This document shows, piece after piece, positions 57,055 through 64,000 of a DNA stretch of 64,000 bases; within the stretch, counting starts at the first letter, position 1; the number at the start of each line of letters is the position of its first letter. The translations under genes and the position numbers were made by a program. The DNA lies in the NCBI RefSeq assembly GCF_009914755.1, contig NC_060935.1; one strand, written 5' to 3'. The notes below the pieces were generated by a model. That model was not told the origin of the DNA. It was given only the letters and a program-made list of their open reading frames with translations, and did no database searches. The DNA is from the human T2T-CHM13v2.0 reference genome, Homo sapiens.

Positions 57055-58986
57055 TCAGGCGGCTTCTTGGACAGGAGGGTTGGGCAGGTCGATGGGGTGG
57101 GAGTTGGGGAGCAGCCACACTCATGAATAGATTCTCGTTTTGCACTAATCAGATTTTCTAGCAGAGCTTCCAGAAATGTCGTTCTCTTGCAGAATCAAAG
57201 GCAATTGCAAGGCATTAAAAACCAATGTGCCTTCAGTGTGTGGGCTCCCGGTCTCACCCCCAGCTGGTTCATGTTGCCGCCCAGTCCCGTCTCAGACCTC
57301 CTTAGGCCGCCTGTTCTCCCTCCCCGCCCTCAGCTCAGTGCCATCTCCCCTCCCGGCAACTCCCTGTTCTAACTCCTCTCATTCTGGGACACGTGGCCTC
57401 TGGTGGGCACTTCCAAATGGTCAGTGTTGTCACTCACCCTGGGCTTAGAACTGTCTATGGCTCTTCAGGATTCAATCTAAGAGAAAAGCCCCAACCCCTG
57501 GTTTGAGCCTAGAATGCCCAGCGAAGCCCGGCCCCTCCTTTCCCCACACCTTCACTCAGGGCAGCCTCGAGAACGTCCTGCAGCTGCCTGGACATGGCAC
57601 CGCTGTCTCTCTCTCTGCGTGTCCACTGCTGTTCCCTCTGCTGTCTCTCTCTGTGCGTGTCCACTGCTGTTCCCTCTGCTGTCCCCTCGTCCCCACCTGG
57701 CCAACCTGCCCCACCCCGACGCCCCTCTTCAGGAGGCCTCCCCTGTCCCTGTCTCTGGGCTCTAGTGCTGCATTCATCACGTTATTCCCTTTCCATGAGT
57801 CTCATTTCCTCCCGGGTCTCCTTCCACCTCCATGCATTCTGGGGCCAGAGGCAGCTCTGAGCACTGTGGCCGAGGGATAGACGGACCAGTATGTGGGGAG
57901 GTGGGTGAGGGGTGTGCAGTTTTATAGCTCAGCCCAGAACATAGGCGGTGGAGCCAGATGGACCTGGGCTCGAGCCCAGCCCTCGCAGCTGTGTGATCTG
58001 AACAAGTTACCTAACCTTTCTGAGCCCGGTTTTTTCATGTTAGCGAACAGGCTGTGCGACAGCCCTTCTGGAAGGTCAGGGAGGCTGTGGCCCAGCTCTC
58101 GCTCGGAAGTGCTCAGTGATGGGTTTGGAATATTGTGGGGACCGAGGGGTAGGGATGTTTTCCCTGACTGCGTGAGGATGACCCTGGTGTGTGGAGCAAA
58201 AAGGCAAGCTGGCCCCTGGGCGTAGGGGCTGGGGGTGCCACAGGGAGGTGCTTTTATGCTCATGCCTTCCAGAATGGGAGAGCCCCAGGCCTCACCCAGG
58301 AAAGAGAAGGACCTGTGCCAGGTGCCGGCTTCATGTCCAGCTCTGCCACCCTCTTTCGTAGGGATCCAGGGCCCCATTGTTCACATGGGGGTGGCCTCTA
58401 GGCTCCTGATGATCTCTTGGGAGCTGCCCTTGGTGATGCCGAGCTGCCTACAGGGGTCCTTCTGGGGCCTGAGGCCAGGTGGTCACTGGGCCCCTGCCCC
58501 TCGGCCCCTTTGTGAACCCAGCAAAACCTGCACCTTTGGCGCATGACCTCCAGCTCCTTGGGAACCTATGGCTGCTCTTCCAGAAGTCCCTCTACCTGGC
58601 AATGGGCCCTCCACCGAGAACTCCTGGTGCTGAGATGGACGGATCATGATTTCCTTCTGTCTGCACCAGGCTTTGCTTAGGAGAGAAAATGCCAGAAACA
58701 AAAAGGCTTGTCTCACCCTCAGCCTTAACATAGGATTTATTATGAATAAATGAAACTCCCTTGCAGGGCAGTTGCTCTGCGACCAGCGTGGCCTAGGAAG
58801 GCTCAGCTCCAAGTGATCAGCTCTGTCCTACAGAGACTGAAGCTTGGAGCAGCTGGTGACAGGACCACGGGCACGTAGCCTGGATTGGGAGAAGTTGGGA
58901 GTGGCGATCACTAGTGTTTGCGGAGCACTTGCTAGGAGGCCTGAGCCAAGGATGTTATCTTATTGATGTACGTTATCTTATTTAAT

Positions 58987-59130
58987 CAGAGCCTGCCAAA
59001 CATCCCAGTCTGCCCCAAAGTCCCGGGCGACACCTGTCGCCCTGGCGTCATCATTAATAACCCCCGGAAGGTGAAAACTCTCAGAGTGCCCTTGTGGAGC
59101 TGAGAAGGAGCACGGTTTCACTGTGCTTAG
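58987..59130 (-). mobile_element. MER94-like hAT-Blackjack element inside MIR fragments
   Basis: gtcccggg..acacctgtcgccctggcgtcatcattaataacccc...actctcagagtgccc. Confidence 0.5.
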
Positions 59131-60156
59131 TCCTCTGTCGAGCCCTCTGGAATATCCCTATGATGTGGATGAACAAGCTGTGGGTCAGGGGGATGGAGGG
59201 ACTTGCCCAGGGTCACCAGCTCGGAGGCAGGGTTGGATTCCAGGATTTATAATCTCAGAGGTGGGATTTAAAGCCACGGCCCTCTAATCCTTCCCAAGCA
59301 ACAGAAGGCACGGAGTGTGTTCGCGGTGTCAGGGAGGGTGGTGGGAAGGCAGGGGCGGAGGTCCCTTCGGAGGCCTGACCTTCCCAGGACCCCTCACCAG
59401 CGGTCAGCAGCCGGGGTCCCGGGAAGAATTCTGCCGAGAGAGAGCTTTTTCCCCTTCAAGGAATAAAAAGCACACACACACATTCCTCCGAATCAAAGGT
59501 GTGTCCAGAGAGAGGGAGGGCAAGGCCCCTTGACCAGCAGCTGCCAGCAGCCTGGGCACATGACAGCCCCTGAAGGCTGCTGGCACCGACTCTGGCCAGG
59601 CATTTGCAGTGGACGGCGGTGCCAGGACAGGGAGGGCGGCCTTTCACCAGCTTGGCACCTCTGCCATGTGACGGCCGCCTCCCCTGGGGGAGGGCGGGGC
59701 CGCTCCTCTCCCAGCAGGCGGGTGCAGCCCCAGGGGTGCTGCAGGCCACTGCGGGACCTTCAGCGTCCGGCTCCCGGCACTGGCCTCTGTGCCCTGGCCG
59801 TTCCTGGGGTGGGGCATGGGTCAGGAACTCGCACTCTCACTCTCGGGAGATAGGAACTCAGTCCCGTTCATAACCCCACCGTGTAACCTGGAAGGCACTT
59901 TGCAGTTTACAAAGGCCGTCATAGCCAGGGTCCTTGAAGGAGGCGTGTCACCGTCCACTCTCCAGAGAGCAGCCTGCGGCCTGGGAGGTGGGCTTCGCCT
60001 CCTCGACGTCACATGTTGGGGGCTGTTTCCTCGTTGACTTCCAGTGCAGGGCTGTGATCTGGAGTCCAGGCCTTGCTGGCCGGGACCCCCAGGACAAGGG
60101 TGGCCGTGACATATGTTCTGGCGCCTTCAGTACTAGTGAAAGAAACGAGCCGGCCG

Positions 60157-60590
60157 TGTCAGCTGGGAGATTTCTTGCGGCTGCCGTAACAAAAGATCAC
60201 AAACTGGTGGGGGCTGGAAACCACAGAAATGCCTTCTCTCCCAGTGCTGGGGCCGAAGCCCGATATCTAGATGTAGGCAGGGCTGCGCTCCCTCCGACTG
60301 CTCCAGGGAGGGACCCCGGCCTCTGTCTGCCCTGGTGCCTCCAGGTGCCCTGTGGCTTGTGGCTGCCCCGCTCCAGTCTCCGCCTTGTTTTCATGTGGCC
60401 CCCATCTCTTCTCCCTGTGTCTCTCCTCTGAGCCTTCAGGAGGAGGCTGGTCATTGGATTTTGGGTTCTCCAGGATGATCTCACCTCAAGGTCCTTAATT
60501 GCATCTGCAGATGCCTGTTTCCAAATAGGGCCACATTTGGTTAGGACGTGGACACGTCTTTCGAAGCCACCATGCAGGCCGCTACAGGAG
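60157..60590 (-). mobile_element. MLT1 LTR
   Basis: ggctgccgtaacaaa..cacaaactgg...caggatgatctcacctcaaggtccttaattgcatctgcag. Confidence 0.8.
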
Positions 60591-61834
60591 GTTTCATGAA
60601 TTCATCTCAATTTCCAGAGGACCTGGTGTTGCTTGGCCGGCCCCCTCCAGCAGTGACTGGAGGTTGCTGAGTAGCAGAAGCTTTAGGTGGGGCAGGCCCT
60701 CACCTGTCTGCCACAGCGAACCCCACCCCTGACCCCCGACCCTGCCTGGGACCCCTGACCTGGTCTTCCCAGTCCATTTCACAGCCAGGTAAACTGAGGT
60801 AGCTCAGGGTGAGTTATTGCCAGGCCTGGGCTGCCCAGGGCACCCGGCCCACGGGGCAAACCCCAACACAGCCCTCAGTTTACCAATTCTCGTCACATGG
60901 AAGCCACCTGGGGGCTTCCCAGGGTGTTCTGTCTGCCCTCCTGTCCCCAAGGGTACCTTGTGTCAGGTTGGGATGACTCAGAATAATCAAATATGGCCAC
61001 GTCTTTTGGGATGAGCAGCCATTTATCGTTTATCCTGGGGATCAGAGTTTTTTCCTCTGTAAAGCTGAATAATGTCGCCTGGTATAGCCCTAGGTAGTGT
61101 TACTTTGAAGGCTGAGAGAGAGAATGTGAAAGCGTTTTGGAGCCTGAAGAATACAGAAGGGAGAGACGTGGTGAGCATCAGGGTAGTGCAGTGTTATCTT
61201 CCTGAGCTGTACGGGGAGCGTGGTTAGGACAGGAGGGACAGACCGTGGTGAGCATCAGGGACAGTGCAGCGTCCCCTCCTGAACTGTACGGAAAGTGTCC
61301 TTAGAAACTTCAGGAACTCCTTCCGTGGAGTTTCCCTGTTCTTTGCATCCATCCTGTGCTCAGCCCTGAGCGAGGCGCTGGGGAAGGGGAGCGAGAAGGG
61401 CCTCTGTCTCTGTCCCTCTGGGCGTTACATGACTCCAGGAGTTGGGTATTGAACGTCACAGGCATGGCTGCCCCGGGCTGCCCGAGCGGCTGGACATAGG
61501 TGGTGGGTGTGTGGGGCACGAAGGGTGCCTGGCTCAGGCTTCTGGGGACAGCTGAGTGCAGGAGCTGGGGCAGCAGTGAGTCTAGGATGGAGGATGCTTT
61601 GTGGGGAGACCACAGGGAAGACCATCTGAGGAAGAGATCCTGTGTGACTGGTCACCCACAGAGAGATGGTGGTGAGACCTCAGCATGGCTGGCTCAGAGC
61701 CCCTTCCTGAAATGGCCTGGCATCACGGTGATACAGGAACAGAAATTCGGAGCAAGGGGAGGACTACCATGCCTCTCTTCTGCACTCTTGGGGGCAAGGC
61801 CAGAGCAGGAATTGGGTGTGGTGGGGGCTACTGA

Positions 61835-62237
<403 letters not shown>

Positions 62238-62239
62238 TA

Positions 62240-62570
62240 ATTACTTATTTTTTTGGGGATGGGTCTTGCTCTGTCACTCAGGCTGGAGTGCAGTGGCAGC
62301 ATCATAGCTTAAGCAATGATTTTGTCACTGCACTCCAGCCTGGCAAACCTCAAACTCCTGGGCTCAAGTGAGCCTCCTGCCTCAGCTGCCTGAGTAGGTG
62401 GGACTACAGGCATGAGCCACCACATCTGGCTAATTAAAACAATTTTTTTTTTTTTGCTGGAGACAAGGTCTTGCTGTGTGGCCCAGGTTGGTCTCAAACT
62501 CCTGGCCTCAAGTGATCCTCTGAACTCAGACTCTTCAGTAGCTGGGATTACAGGCGTGAGCCACTGGGCC
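62240..62570 (-). mobile_element. AluJ with an internal fold-back duplication
   Basis: Reverse Alu containing a 64-bp palindrome at 62279-62342. Confidence 0.88.
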
Positions 62571-62664
62571 TACTTCCTTTCCCTTTAGACTCAAAAATCC
62601 AGTGTAGGAGCTTTGTGGTCCATTGAGTAGGCTGCATTGCCTAGCCTCCCTGTTGCTGGAGAAG

Positions 62665-63450
62665 TGTATCAGCTAGCTTTTGCAGTGTAACAAACCACCT
62701 CAAAACATTGTGGCTTAAAACAGCGAGGGTTCATTATTTCTCCAGGTTCTGTGAGTTGGCTAAGCAAGATTTCTGATCCGGGCTGGCCTGGCTGTGGCTG
62801 GATGGTTGGGGATGGCCTCTCTCCCATGTTGGGGGCCTCTGCTGGGACAGCGATGCTCTCCCTATGTGCTCATTCATCCTCAGGAGATCAGCCCGGCCTT
62901 GCTCATGTGCTGGCGGGAGGTCCCGGTACCGACATAGCAGCCTGCATGCACAAAAGCTTTTCCAGCCTCTGCTTGCATCCTGTTTGCTTCGTCCCTTTGG
63001 ACAAAGCAAGTCACAGGCCAAGTCCAGATTCAGGGGTGGAGAAATAAACTTCATCTCCTGGTGGGAGGAGTGACATTGTCAAACAGTCATATGAGGGAGT
63101 GTGAATAAATTAGGGGTCATTACTGTCATGCTCTACCACTGAGTGTGTGACTCAGTTCTGGCCAATGAGATGTGAGCAGCGTGGGTCTTCTAGGAAGTCT
63201 CCTTCCAGGGAATTAGGCACACCTCCTTTCTCCCTTCCACATTCCTTGCTGCTTGGAATGTGGATGTGATGGCTGGAGCTCTTGCAGCCATCTTAGACTA
63301 TGAGGTTGAGAGCCACACCCTGGGAGTGGTGAATTAGTTGGAAGGAAGCTTGGTTCCTGTTGACTTCTTGGTGCCTTAGACTGCCTATCCCTGGACTTCT
63401 TTTACATGATAGGAAATTTACGTGGGGTCAAATTTCATCCTGACTGATAC
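62665..63450. mobile_element. Old MLT1 LTR fragments (two adjacent)
   Basis: gtaacaaaccacctcaaaac..tggcttaaaaca; ttctggccaatgagatgtgagc...tggaatgtggatgtgatggctggagct. Confidence 0.7.
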
Positions 63451-64000
63451 ATTTGGCAAAGACTCTTGTCTCTCAGAACGTGAGGATTTGGGTGGCCTCT
63501 CCCCAAAGTTAAGTGGATGGACTTAACACACATGAGGAGGGCAGCTCAGGTGCTTCCCAGGGGCCTGGATACCAACCATGGGTTTCTTGGGAGAGATACT
63601 CTGGAGGAACCTCTGGAGTTAGGGCACTAGGGACAAACTGGCTTTGAAGGCCTGAGATCCAGATGGGGAGAGTGGCAGCCAGTACCACTGTGCCCAGCAC
63701 TGGCCTCACCCCTGTAATCCCACCACCAGCCCCTGTAGTAGCTCTGTCACTATTTTACGGGTGGAGTAGCCAAGGGGTAAAGTGACTTTTGCATAAGGCT
63801 GTGCGACCCAATGTGGAATGAAGATTCCAACCCGCAAATGACCTCAGGACCCTGACTCTGAGCCGAGACTGAAGCAGCCCATTCATTCATTCACTCACAC
63901 ACTCATCCATTCATTCAGCACTTTCTGAACACCTTCCATGAGCCAAGCACACCTCACAGTGCTGGGGCACCGCAGGGGACAGAACAGACCAAGTCCTATC

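Noticed and set aside
61166-61306. Diverged two-copy ~77-bp duplication (and short dimers at ~40695, ~50965, ~57600)
   Set aside because: These are ordinary local tandem duplications with no further signal.

Overview
Human genomic DNA (11q13.3). On the + strand, positions 5170-31017 carry coding exons 6-25 of TPCN2 (two-pore channel 2, an endolysosomal/melanosomal PI(3,5)P2/NAADP-gated cation channel). All 20 exons splice in frame with GT-AG sites and rebuild residues P183-R752. The 3'UTR runs to an AATAAA at 33636. MIR3164 lies in intron 18. The haplotype encodes R376 and P564 with M484 and G734. The introns hold several large VNTRs (39, 28, 25/33, 62 and 36 bp units). The ~30 kb downstream is repeat-rich (Alu including a young AluYb8, MLT1 LTRs, L1, L2, MIR) with no recognisable gene. 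The long ORFs in the track are repeat or GC artefacts. The most notable unexplained structures are: (1) a non-Alu 126-bp near-perfect inverted duplication in intron 13; (2) a 62-bp VNTR packed with MITF/TFE-type E-boxes next to MIR3164; (3) a 29-nt exact copy of exon-7 coding sequence in intron 5; (4) a cryptic exon and promoter-like/CTCF motif cluster inside the 3'UTR. I found no new multi-gene system; these findings are hypotheses. Gene, variant and repeat-family names come from recall, not database searches.
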